From assembly GCA_002811645.1 (NCBI GenBank), contig PDIP01000016.1, forward strand, positions 1-64,000: a DNA stretch of 64,000 bases, in the 5' to 3' direction. Source of the stretch: Corallochytrium limacisporum Hawaii (Eukaryota; Protista; Pluriformea). The notes beneath the pieces were generated by a model. That model was not told the DNA's origin. It ran no database searches and worked only from the letters and a program-made list of their open reading frames with translations. Both the position numbers and the translations under genes were made by a program. Shown here in pieces: positions 32,668 through 45,336 of the stretch (positions within the stretch are counted from its first letter, which is position 1; each line of letters starts with the position of its first letter).

Positions 32668-35600
32668 GGGTTTGGTTGGGGGTTGTGGAATGGGGTACCC
32701 ATCTTTAGCCGGCTGGGCCCCCCGATTCACTCCCATCCCACTCCCTTTACGTATCGTGCGTCCATGGAAGACTGTGTGTGCGGGAATTTGCTCCATACAC
32801 AGTGACGAAGTGACGAATGACCCAGTGTACCTACTTACGTCCTTCAGCTGCCGATCTATCACGGGAAAGAGGGATCTCGATAGTGAGCGTACGGAACTGC
32901 GCAGTCACACACAGCCAGTCGGGTGGACAAGTGTATGGTCTTGGCGGCAACCCAACCACAACAACCACAACAAAAACAAAAACAAACACCGCCCAAAACC
33001 GGGAAGACAAAAAGGCAAAACAATAACACTTATCGCAAGGAGAAAACAATAAACAAAAAACAAATCTGGAGCAAAGAAAGGGAAAACCGCAAAAGCGAGG
33101 GAGGCGGCGAGGAAATTGCAAAATCTAAAAAAAAAAGAAAAAAGGAAAAAACAAGGAAAGCACAACTACTGCCCACTGTGCAATTCTTCATTCGAAAGCT
33201 TGTAACGCATGCTCCACGTCCCAATCTCGCACTGCTTTCCCGCCAATCTTTTCTTCCGCGTACCAATTCTTCCTTCGTTCTCGTCGCCCGTTTCCTTGGC
33301 GTTTCCCGCTCTGCCTGCCTGTGTTTTTCGCTTTGGTTTTTTTTTTGTTTTGAGATTTGCAAATGGCCGTTGATTCTTGTCACAGTCTCAGGCTGCGGGG
33401 TGCAAGAACCCCGGGACTGGCAGCGCCCCCCCCCTCCCTCCACCTTCTTCCCTCCCGCGTACCCAAACGGCGGATCCACAGCGACTGCCTCGCGCCGGCT
33501 GCAAAAGAACCCCTTCGCGCTCTCTCTTCCACCCTTCCTCGTTCCGCCGGGCTGCGATTTTATTTCCGGGACCTCTTTTGTGTGTGTCTTTACAATACTC
33601 GATCCCATCGCGTCGCAACTCTCTTAACATACGACAGCTGCTGTGGTCAAGGGGCCCGTGGCCGGGAGCCAATACCCACTGACTGGGTCTCGTCCCGGAC
33701 GAAATTGCAATGATACCGGAATTGGGGTGACCCAGACGCTTACGCAGATGGTTCCGACTTCCAACATATTCTCAAGTGATGTCACCGCCACTTGACGTGC
33801 AGGCAGCATACATACGTCTCATACATATTGAGTTCACACAAACGTCAAACGCTGAACCACAATAAAAAAAGAGGAAATTCAAAAGAAAAAAACCATGTTT
33901 CACATTTTTTTCGGGCACGGTCACGTCCGCTCCCTTTTTGCGCATTAACGGTGGTGGTCTTGCCCCGCCGAAGTATGGCATTCTTTTTCTTTCTCTTGTG
34001 CACACTACCGTTGTGGATGGCAACATGATCAGTTGGGTTCAGACGTACGCATTACTGAGGAAAGCCATGCGAAGTCCAACGTTCCATTTCTGCGCATATC
34101 ACACAGGGATCACGAAGCATGACCATACAAAGACACTGCGCTGCCACAGCGGTGCAATCTAGAATCTCTTTCCTCTAGCCGGCTGTGAATCTCATGTCTG
34201 TATGGCATGTCTAGAAATTGCCAGGATCAAGTATGGCCCGCGTCGAGGCGCTCTCCACCTCCTCCTCCCCCCCCCCGGGGGGTTCCATTGCTTTTTGTTT
34301 TTTTTTGTTCTGAGGGGTTCAGAACAACGCTATCGCGCACAGAACTTGGTGGCCAGGTTGTGTTTGCTCGGGCCACTGATTCTATCTCTTATTCATCGCT
34401 CCCCTAATCTCTCCCCCTTTCTATTCCCCCGGCAGCCAGCAGAGCCACCCACCCCCACTCCTCTCCCTCCCTCCCTTTTCCGGCGTTACTGACTAAAGCG
34501 CAAGCCGTTTGCGCGACCAGGGAAGGGGGAATTCCTAAGCACAAGACCTATCGACGCCCAGGTAGACACTTGGGCACACGTGTGACGCGGGCAGTACTCA
34601 TCCGAATCCGGGTACGTTAAGTAGTAAAACAGCGGGGCGATAAAAAAAAGACCCGTGCAACGGGTAGGCTTCAAAACAAAGAATTATCTCACTTCTCGGC
34701 GTACGGTCGCGTGGCAAGCGCGTGGTCCGTATTGAGTGTGTGTGATTTCCTTTTCCGCTTGCCATCGACGCGACTGATAAGTTCATATATTAACTATTGA
34801 ATTTACGTATTGTTATCTCTCGAACTTTTCGGGCGCCGCCGCCCACCGCGAAAAACCATGCAGACCAGTCACACATGAAAAGTACATGGGAACTCTGAAG
34901 AACTTTGAAAAAAACCCCAAAGGAAAAACCCCAAGGGCTGAATTAACCACTACTTACACCTGTTCATTTTATCCTAGTTGCACCGCGCGATGGTGGTATT
35001 CCTGGTACTTAACCTAACCATAAATGGACTCCTTATGTGTGGGCATGGATATATTTCATCTTTGCTTTCGTCCATTAACACCTCAAAACCACGCATTCAC
35101 TTAGCACCAAGTCGTGCTTAACCGGCTGCAGCATTTCCCACCTTTTTGTGTGCAAATTCTCTTGTTAATTTTCTTGTAAAAATCATCGAGGAGGGGGGGG
35201 GGGCAAGAAGATTTTAAATACTGGCGTGTTCACTTTCCGACGCAGCGCAGCTTTGTCTTGCTTCGTGTCTTTATACGGTGAGTAGGATCGTTGGCAATGT
35301 ACTTTGACTATGGGTTGGCATCTGGCTTAGTTTTTTACTCATTTTTTGGTGCTTTCTTGTCATTGATAATTTCTTAGTTTCCTCTTTCTATGACATACTT
35401 TTTTTTCTCTTTTTCATATGATTTTTCCTCGCGGAGTGAAAGGAGGGGAGCGAGGGAGCGGTAGGGACCGGGCGGTGCGGAGGCGGCCACACAATCTCTC
35501 TCACTCTCGCTCTCATTGACAATGATCAGCAATGCTCAAAAACGGGCATGGGCTGTCTACGTGTAGATCGGCTTCCCGTGATATTGCGTTCTTGTCGTAC

Positions 35601-38600
35601 GGGGCAATTCGCATACATAGAGGCATGCTGGGTTTTTTGGGGGGTTGTGTGATAGGGCGTGTTGCGTCCGGTGGAGTTCCAACGGGAGCGACAACAATTG
35701 TCGTGCTGGGCTGCTGATGATGCCATTCCTTGTGATTGGTTGTGGTGTCCCGTGATGAAGCTCCTCAAACAAAAAAAAAAATACGTCGTAGTCAGAGACT
35801 CACAAGAACGTCATAGTTTCAGTATGACCACCGCGGGGCAGTGTGGTGCAAAACTACGAGAGTTTTGCCTCCTGCTTCTCTTTCATTATCTAATTCATTG
35901 ACGGGGCCGAGCGGAATGTGGGTCACAACTAGAAAAACAAGAAAGGAAAAAGGGAAAAAAAAACAAAGAAGGCAAAGGAGGGGAAAAAATAGACAAAGAA
36001 ACACACACCACCTTGCACTTGTTGGTCTCTCTATCATTCATAACCCCAGAACAAAGAGTCACAGACAACCACAACAATCGGAGTAATAGTGTGTGTGTGT
36101 GTGTTTATGACATGTTTTGCGGGTAGGGGAGAGGGGAGCGAGAGAGAGAGAGAGAGGAGCGCAAACGAGAGAGTGTGTGTGGGGAAGGGAGGGTTGGCCG
36201 CTGACGAAATTCACGTCATTTCCTCAGGCCCAAGAACCAATTATTGATAAACTAGTGCTGGGTGCGGTGTCAGTTGGTACTAAATTTGAAGTAACGCGGG
36301 TGCCAAAAGGAGTGCGGCAACGAAACAAAATCAGACCCCCGCCACCAACCTCGCGGGGTGGGTGCGGGAGCGAAACCGACACCCTCCTCCCTTGCCTGTC
36401 CGTCAGTCGATATCAATAATCAACGGACCGTGTTGACCCACAAAAGACTCTCCAGCAGCGACAAAGACTCTCAAGTCTGTGTGAACCCCGCTGTGGACCA
36501 TCACCCACCCACAAAAGCCATCGACCACACCGAACAGGCGGACTCCGTCTCCACTCCCGTACACACACACACACACACACACACGCGCGCGCGCGCCCAC
36601 ATATACACGCTTCAGCATCCGCTATCGGCCCCCTCGTGCATCCGCCATCGACCCGAATCGTGTTAAACGTTTGTGGTCTGGAAAATAAGAGGCGACCGTG
36701 GATGACTGGATGATGTTCGATGCTCCTACAGATGATGATATTGATGGTGTCGACATTGTTCAACGCGCCCAACAAATCAGACGGAGATGATCAAGAAAAG
36801 AAGATGAGATGAGAAAGGATGGTCGAGCAGATGGCCAGTGACTTGCAGCGATTCATTCATCATCAATGAACTCACGAATCCTCCTCCCTCAGCACGAATG
36901 TGGCCATCGGGCTTGTAGTAGGTTTTGTGCAATTTCTCCCCCCGTGTTTGCGCAGCGCGTCAGTGCTCTTTTGTGTTCCTTTCAAGCAGCCTGGCCCTGT
37001 GGACTTTAGGGTTCCGTACGTCCCTACGTTAACGTCGTAATCAAGATCGGACGGAGAAGAGTGGCATTGGCCCATTCAATGAATGCCTTGTGAAGGTTTG
37101 GGATGTTCAGGGGTCCTGGAACTGATAGCTGATGAGCGATGTTCATACACCCGTGGACACTGATGGAATGGTTTGCGGTGCGTCCGAGATGGAATGATGG
37201 CGCGGTGGATGTCTGCGGAGAATCCTTCCCTGTCCAAACCTGATAAAAAATTTTGGGTCCTTCTGTGGCCTCCCTGCCCGGCTCCTCCAAGTGTGTGGCA
37301 CCAGAGATCTCCTTAGCCTCAGAAATGCCATATAAAAGCAAGGGCCTCCCCAAACAGGGAGTGTGGGGCGGCGCCGTAGGCGAACTATCGAAGAAAACTC
37401 CGGGACACGAATTGGTAAAAAAGAAAGAAAACGGGAGGACGGATCTCCCCCATCGCACACACCCCATCCCCCCGGTGGCCACCGACACGGACGGCCCCCA
37501 CGGGGAGCGCAGATTTGAGGCGCTTCGCGTGGTGCGCCAAACGCTCAGAAAAGAGGCCCACTCGCATTCAGGCAGCCCGTGTGCGTGTGTTTGTGTAAGA
37601 GACAAAACGACAGATTTCGGAACCCACCCCCACCCCTCCTCGCCCATGAGTCAAAGGGCTAAGACAAAAGCACGGGCCTCGTGCTGCGTAAAGTGGAATG
37701 AATGAAATGGTCAAATATGGCCCCGCACACTCCTGCCACTTTTTACCATAGAAAATGAACCAAAACTTACCAATTTCTTACGAAATTCATGTTTTATGTG
37801 AGAAGAGAGGATGCTAAGGGTTGGTGGTAGTTTCTGCGTAGGGATTCAAACCAGAGACAGGTCCACGTGAGTTCAATGCGGTAGTCGCGTGTTGTTACCG
37901 TTAGGGAAGAGTGTAACGGTGTGCGTATGTGGAGCAGCAGAAAGAGGAAAGAAAAAGGAAACAAAAGAGACTGGAGAGACGACGACAAGGTCTAAAAACG
38001 AAGGAGGGGGAGGGAGGAAGAAGGACGGGCAGGCACAACGGCATCCAAAAGTAAAAAAGGGAAGAAGGAGTTTAGGTCGGCCCTGTGTACCCGGAAGAGG
38101 AAGAGCTCTCACTGTGGGGGAGGGGACGGGGGAAGGAGAGGAGTGNNNNNNNNNNNNNNNNNNNNNNNNNNNNNNNNNNNNNNNNNNNNNNNNNNNNNNN
38201 NNNNNNNNNNNNNNNNNNNNNNNNNNNNNNNNNNNNNNNNNNNNNNNNNNNNNNNNNNNNNNNNNNNNNNNNNNNNNNNNNNNNNNNNNNNNNNNNNNNN
38301 NNNNNNNNNNNNNNNNNNNNNNNNNNNNNNNNNNNNNNNNNNNNNNNNNNNNNNNNNNNNNNNNNNNNNNNNNNNNNNNNNNNNNNNNNNNNNNNNNNNN
38401 NNNNNNNGGGGGGGGAACGTACTCACCCGGGTTGCTGCGGAGAGAAGTTCTTCCGCATAACGATTTCTACAAAAAATTGGACAAGAAGGAAAACGGGTCA
38501 GGCCGTCTCCAGACGTAGGACGTTGGCCTACGCATGGAAATAATCAGTACATTGATTACCCAACTCTGGCCCTCACGACGACGGGAAAGGTGGAAAGTTT

Positions 38601-39709
38601 TTTTGTCTCTCCTAACCCCTTTTCTTTGGTCCCGATGGGGTCGCTCGGTGTCGGTGTCGTGTGTTTCTCCGTATACAGTGAAACGGTCAGCAACTTTGGG
38701 GTGTAGTCCCCGATAGTAGTGTGGCGCAGCCCGTTGCATTCGCCCCCCCCCGGGGGAGGGGGGGGGAGGAGGACTCGTACACAGCGTTGTTTGGCACGCG
38801 CGCCGTGCGCTAATTTGGGATCAACCATACCCATCTCTATCTAACTTTTTTCATGTCGGTTGTGCGCCTCTTACACCAAGAGATATATCATCGGCTGCTT
38901 TTTGCGGCCGGACGCCTTTCTTTAGTACTAAACTGATTTCTCCGTGGTCACTTGAAAAGGTGGGAGGAATGGGCAATAAATATCCATTGCAAAATTTTGT
39001 GATAGGAGTCCTTGTGCTTCCATTGCGCGCGGCCCGCCACCAAACCCTCTCCCCCTGCTCGGCCGGGCTCGCCTTTAGTTGTTTTTTTTGGGTCTCGCTC
39101 CCGCTAAAACGGCTATGTAAAACGTACCAGGAAAACGCAGAGGTGAATGAAGAATTAATTTTTTCTGCCCTCATCCATAAGTTATGTCGCAAGGACCACA
39201 AATGCCCTAAGTAAAATTACATAGAAAACATACCGCATTCTCTAATGATGGCTCGCTGCGTTTCGCCCCCCCCCCCCACCTTTGGTGGAGACTTTGGGAA
39301 GAGTACCTTCGGGCATAGTTTTCGTTGCCTGCGATGTCCGTCGTGTGCGTGTGCGTGCGTGTTGTCTGCGTGGAGAGTTTTTTTTCCCTTGGTGGGTCCC
39401 TTCGGAGCCTGGCCTGGCCCGTTCACGCTTGGGTACTTGGGGCCATTTTTCCCCTCCCTTTCCGAGCAAGCCTGTGTCAGCTGTCGTGAAAAGTTAGTAT
39501 ATTTTCCATAGTATATCTGGCAGCCGGTACCTTGGTGTTAAGCGCTGCCTTTTTGAGCACACGTAAGGCCACGGGCGTCACAATATAAGTTCAAACCGCC
39601 GATGATGAAGGCGTCAGGACTCAACTACACAACAGTTATCAAATAAGGGTGGCAGTATTCATGGTATTGTTATTACCTATTACGACGCTCGTTTCACCCC
39701 CCTCCCCCT

Positions 39710-39740
<31 letters not shown>

Positions 39741-42700
39741 CTCCCCTCGCCCCTTTTTCTTGCTTTCTTTCTCTCTCTCTCCCCCTCTCTTTCTCCTCCT
39801 TGGCTTCGTTCCTTTGTTTCTGTCTTTCCCTTCCTTTTTTCTTGCGGGCGAATCGCTCTTGCTGTCTCTCTCCTCCCCCCCCCTCCCTCCCCTGCCGGAC
39901 CTCCGCTCATTTTTTTTTCTTTCTAAAGCCCCCGATCGAACATCGTCCGCAGAGGGACGGAAGGATGCTTTTCTGGTGTTCTCGGTGATCGAGTCCTTTG
40001 TACGGAAGACACAAAGTTGCACTCCTAATTATCAATATATTAAGTACTGCAAAGGACAGACATGTAGGTAGAGACACGGGTATGGAGGGTGAGAAGCCAG
40101 GAGGAATGCACCAAGCACACGCACATCTGACGTGCTCGCCCCTGCTTCCGGCTGCTCCCAAGGACGCATCGTGCTGAAATAATCTCATACTTCAAGTACT
40201 GCACAATCACTGATAGGTGTTTTTGTGATTTGAGATTTGCGCTGACAGCGCCAATGTCACATGGCGTAGCAAGCATGAGCCAATTACCGGTCAATAATAC
40301 ACCGATTCGGGCATTCGCTATCGAAAAATTGCATTTATTTAGTATAGCGAATTCTCATTTCTAAGCAATTCCGCCTTCCCTGGAGTTTCCGCAGACTCTT
40401 TGGGATCGGTGCCGGAGAACACCGCATGGCACCCCGTGGCGATCCGGACGCGGGTATCTGTCCCAATAAAAAAAAATAGATCGAAGAAAAGGACGACGAG
40501 CTGAAGTAAAGGGAATAAACACACACACACACACACACGCCGCTCGCCAGCGTTGAGGCCATACGGGAGATACGGCGGTGTCATCATTGGCTGCAAAAAA
40601 ATCATTTTCTGACCTTTGTGACCGCACCACACCATTTCGAGCGCAATTTCCACCCTTTTGTCTTCGCAGTCAATATACTATTAATATATTTACTATACAA
40701 AATCGAAAAACTTGCGTTGGCTTACCTGTTCATGGTTTTCGCGTTGCCGTATCTCTTGCCCCTCCCCCCTCGCCGTCTCCGTTCTCTCTTACCCCTGTCT
40801 TTCCCGGCTGCCAACGTTTTTTCTCCTCCTCCCTTCCCTTCCCTCCTGCGCTTCCCCTCTTTTTTTGCTTTTTTCTTTTGGGTGGATCTTGTTCGTTACA
40901 CTATTTTTTTATCTGTCGAGGCGGTCCTTTGTCTCTTGCTTACCTTGCTTCGCGTATTTTGTTCCAAAGTATTTCTTGGGGGTTGGCTGTCGGTTATTTT
41001 TTTTGCTTGCTGGCTTGCTCGCTTGCTTGCTATCTATCTCTCCCTTTTGTTCGGATGGCCCATGCGCTGTATGATCATTGGCTGGCTGCGGTGACTATGG
41101 TTATTTGATTCCTCGCTCTGAAGGGGGGGGGGCACCACCGCGAGTTGCGCTGGCTGCCGCTTGCTGCGTGTTAAAGGCCGCGCGGTTGCGTGCCACCCCC
41201 CCGGGGGCTCTCGGGGGCCTTCTGAGCGGCGGGGAAAAGGAAGGGAGGGGGTGAGGCAGGGTGTCTCTCTCTGTGTGTGGCGCTCAGTGCGTGTGTAGTG
41301 CGCGCGCGTGTGTGTGTTTGTGCGTGTGTGTGTGTGTGTATGGAACCCGTGGCTCTTCGTCTCCGTCCCTCTTTGCCCACCGCAGCGCCCCCCCCCCCTT
41401 CTTCTCCGCCAGCGTTCCTGAATTTTCTTTCGTTTGAAGCGTTTTGGTTTCCATTTTCTCTCACTCTTCCATTTTTTACCTTCAGTTTCCCTTGTTTTTT
41501 CTTGCCTAGTGAGTGTCTTCCCTCCCTCACTCTGTCTCTCTGTCTCGCCCGCGTTGCTTTCCCCCCCCTCCCTCCCCCTTCCCTCCCCTCCNNNNNNNNN
41601 NNNNNNNNNNNNNNNNNNNNNNNCTTCGATTTCCGCTTTGTTCTTTCCGGGTAACCCCCCCGCGGACATTGCGTGGAGCACATACACAGCGCAGGGAAGG
41701 CAAGAAGCGGGGGAAGGCCCCTTCCAGGGTCAGCACTTCCGTACCCCTCCCAGTTTTTGCCGCCCCTTGCGAACCAGGAGAGGGTGTCAGCGAAATGAAA
41801 GGAGAGGAAAAGGAAAAAAAAAAAGAGACGAGGAAAAAAAAAGAAGGGAGTGGGGGGAGGGAGAGAGAGAGAGAAAAAGAGAAATAACTAAGGAAAATCC
41901 TGCAGGCGATTCGATACGGCGCCGGGAGCGGCCAACGCCGCAAAAAAAAAAAGGAAGGGATTTTCCTTGGTGCACATCGCAGGGGGGGGCGGCCTCGGTG
42001 CTGCCTGCGTCTCCCTCCTTTTTCGTGGCGCTGAGTTGGCACAACCCACGCAGCGGCAGTATGGGGCGCAAAAAAGCTGCGAAGCTTTTGGGTTGCGCTG
42101 CAAAAAAGGGGGCAGCGCCGGGCAAGAGTGGTTTTGGGTTCGTGGTATCGCAAGCGCCTTTGTGTTCACAAGTTTTTCGTGGAGCTTCCAGTGGACACAC
42201 GCGCTTTGCGAGCGTGAATCTTAGTGTTAAGTGTGAGTTTGAATGTGTAGGCCGTGGCGTTTTCGGACGGTGGTTTGTCTTTGCGTGTGTAAAGGGGCTG
42301 CGCGTGAGGCCATATTTGGTGCCACGCGAAGAAATCAATCCGCGCTGCGGCGGTGAAATCAAGGTTCATCACCGTGTTGGTATTTGCGAGTCACTGGTTA
42401 CAACATTGTGAATTTGCCTTCAATGATATAAGGTATACCCTACGGGATCCTTGATAGGTATTTCCGAGACCCAGCAAAGAACCAAGGAGATCAAAATTTT
42501 TAAAAAAGAACAAAGGACGAAGACATAGTATTTCAAACAAGACAAGTATAGGGTACCGGATTTGAGAGCGTGAGGACTAGAAACGGGAAACTTTTTGTCA
42601 TTTGGAGGTGTAGAGTACGTAGATAGGGTTTCACTCGTAGTCATGCATTAGTGCGCCATTGTTCCTCTGTAAAGGACTTTCACCAACTCAAACACACCAC

Positions 42701-42815
42701 TACAAGCACAACAGCACTACCCAAGAGCACACATTCGAGCACAAACTTAGTAGTAACCAACCAACTACCACCGACAAACGTCACCAACGAAACTTCACAA
42801 AGCTACTCATTCAAC

Positions 42816-44729
42816 ATGGAAGTAGAAAGCTCAAGGGGTGGCGTTCCTCAACCGCCTTCCTCTACAATGGCCATGCCCGGTGCAAGGGGCAACCGGCGCA
42901 TCAGCAACCGCACCGTATCCGAATCCAGCGAATTCTGGGACGACGCCGACGAGGACGAGAACGGACGCGCGCCAACTTCGTATGAGGCAAAGCGAGCTAA
43001 TCACAACGCCCTCGAACGCAAGCGTCGTGTATTCCAAAAGGATCGCTTGAACGAACTGCGCCGTTGCGTGCCTACCATCAAGACTGATAAACCGAGCACC
43101 GTTGAGATTCTGAGCGCCAGCACCGAGTACATTGAATACGTCAAGCAGCTGAACAAAGAAAAGGAACAGGAGCTCATTAGCCTCATGGCTGAGAACGCGG
43201 CACTGGTTGACCGTCTGCTGAGAGCAGCGGGGCCCAAGGGCGTGAAATTGGAAGTACCGACCCTGGAAAGCATCAAGGAAGTACCCGGACTCAAACCAGA
43301 GGATTTAATTGTCAGTGAAATTGACCCAGACTTTAGTGAACAGTTCCGGAAACAACGCCAGGCTACCATGCAGGCCCTGGGCAGCATCAAGCGCGGTAGC
43401 GACGCCAGCGCTACCGCGGCCGCTGCCGCGGCTGCTGCCGCAGCCAATGCGACGGCGAGTCCGAACTCTTCCTCGGACGGCGACTACGCTAGCCAGCACC
43501 CTCCGCCGCTGCACTCTAACACTCTGGGTGGCTACAACACTGCCGGTGGCAAGTTGGCACCGCCGCGGGCGGTGGCCGGTTCCACTCGCCGCTTCAAACA
43601 CATGTCGGAAAGCGATGCTGCGCATTACTACGCCGACGGCAGCGCCGGAGCCTTTGTGGGCGGCGCCGCCCCGTCTGGGCAGAGCCCGCAGTCGTCCACA
43701 CAGGATGACAACGAGGCCAACACGTACACACTGAGTCACCACTACCCGCCCCCGCCTCCGTACGGCAGTCAGAGCTCGACATACATGGATGATGACCGGA
43801 AGCCGTATTCGTCTGGCGGTGCCCAACGCGGCAACACTCTCTATCGTGAGCCCTCGAATCTGAGCAACCCTGGAGAAATGCCGCGGGCCAGTGCGGAGGA
43901 AGTCTCACTGCTGCAGGACTTTGTTTCTGCCGTACGGGAGCGCACGGCGAGCGGCAAGGATTCTCTTGAGGGCATCCCCGTGCGCCGCACCCACACTAAC
44001 TCCGCGACCTACAGCTACGGTGCCTCTCCTGCATCCGTGTCCACCTTTGACATGCAGTACACTGGAAGCAATGCCGGTGGGAGCACCGCCATGCAACCGC
44101 CTGCAGGACACAGTCCACACATGCCTCCTGCGCCACCCCCGAGTAGCTATCACAACAGTCCCGGTGCCAGTGCCCTGAGCGCGCACATGGCCGGGGCGAC
44201 CACGGGATCGCAGCCGCACACTGTGCCAGCCGGTGGCCTGCTGCCTCCGCCTCGCCAGGGACCATACCAGCAGCCCCAAGCGCCCCAAGCGCCCTACGCG
44301 GATCCGCACATGCTCTCTTCCTCGGCCCCCGCTGGTCACGGCGGCTGGGCCGGACCGCACGGCGGCTACGCCCCGCCGCCGCAGCACGCACAGGGTCAGT
44401 ACCCGCCGTACGGTCAGCACCAACCGGCACAGTATTACCCTCCACCTCCGGCGCGTGGTCACATTAACTTTGAAAAGCAGCGCGAGGCCGAAGAGCGGGA
44501 ACGCGCGGAGGCGGCGCAACAGCAGCAGCATCAAGACGACGCCATGGAGACAGAGTCTCGTCAGGCTCCCAAGGACGAGCCCGAGGTTGACGTCCTGAAC
44601 AACACACCACCACGGCACAGTAATTCTGGGAGCGGCAAGTACCCGCAGAGCTACGGCGGCGCCTACAGTGCCGCCCGGCGGGAAGAGGCCGCGGCAGCGG
44701 CCCGCGAGGATCGCATGGATGAGAATTGA
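42816..44729 (+). CDS. Max/Myc-network bHLH-leucine zipper transcription factor with long low-complexity C-terminus
   Basis: KRANHNALERKRR...LRRCVP...STVEILSASTEYIEYV followed by a heptad zipper. Poly-Ala and Pro/His/Gln-rich tail. First ATG at 42816. Confidence 0.9.
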   Translation: MEVESSRGGVPQPPSSTMAMPGARGNRRISNRTVSESSEFWDDADEDENGRAPTSYEAKRANHNALERKRRVFQKDRLNELRRCVPTIKTDKPSTVEILSASTEYIEYVKQLNKEKEQELISLMAENAALVDRLLRAAGPKGVKLEVPTLESIKEVPGLKPEDLIVSEIDPDFSEQFRKQRQATMQALGSIKRGSDASATAAAAAAAAAANATASPNSSSDGDYASQHPPPLHSNTLGGYNTAGGKLAPPRAVAGSTRRFKHMSESDAAHYYADGSAGAFVGGAAPSGQSPQSSTQDDNEANTYTLSHHYPPPPPYGSQSSTYMDDDRKPYSSGGAQRGNTLYREPSNLSNPGEMPRASAEEVSLLQDFVSAVRERTASGKDSLEGIPVRRTHTNSATYSYGASPASVSTFDMQYTGSNAGGSTAMQPPAGHSPHMPPAPPPSSYHNSPGASALSAHMAGATTGSQPHTVPAGGLLPPPRQGPYQQPQAPQAPYADPHMLSSSAPAGHGGWAGPHGGYAPPPQHAQGQYPPYGQHQPAQYYPPPPARGHINFEKQREAEERERAEAAQQQQHQDDAMETESRQAPKDEPEVDVLNNTPPRHSNSGSGKYPQSYGGAYSAARREEAAAAAREDRMDEN

Positions 44730-45336
44730 GCACACACCAGCTGCGCATGGAGAGAAAGAGAGAAGACTTGGCGTTTTCCGCAGAGAAGAAACCCAAAACG
44801 AAAATTGGGAGAGGAGGGGGGGGGCGCGGGGCCAGGTTGTCTGTCAAAATTTCAAGCGAAAAAGAGGCCCATACAAAAAAAGAAAAAAGAGAAAACAGGG
44901 GCCCCGGTGAAAGATTCTCACCGAATCGCAAGGGCACCGCAGACGACCCAAGGAGCCCCCGAGTGGGTTGGAAGAGAATTGCAAACCTTCCCCCTTCCCC
45001 CCCCCCCCACTCCCAAAGGACCCGAAAAAAAAATGAGACAGTATCAAAAGAAACAAAGAAAAAACCCCGTTTCCACCTCAACACGAGCAAAAGAAAAAAA
45101 AAACATATACACAAAGTACTTTATAAAAGGCAAAGGCAACAAACCCGGTGTGTGGTGTGTTTTCGTGCAAGAAAGTCCCGGGGGCCAATGAGCCGTGGTG
45201 CGGTGTGTAATGATGCGAACATGATAATGTACAAAGCCTCTAATGTGTGGGGTATGTGTGCCGAGTGGTCAGTCAGACGGTGGTGCCACAAAAGAAAAGC
45301 AATCAAAGGAAAACAAAACAGGAAAACCAAAAACTT

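Noticed and set aside
29966-37869. CACGTG E-boxes (29966, 34577, 37864) as bHLH autoregulation
   Set aside because: About 4 are expected by chance in 17.7 kb, so there is no enrichment.
15817-42411. Many 100-325 aa ORFs rich in K/R/F/G/P or spanning Ns
   Set aside because: Translations of homopolymers, microsatellites and gaps, with no domain signatures.
42651-42815. Non-AUG N-terminal extension of the bHLH protein
   Set aside because: The open frame is explained by CA-rich, stop-poor 5'-UTR-like sequence; there is no supporting evidence.
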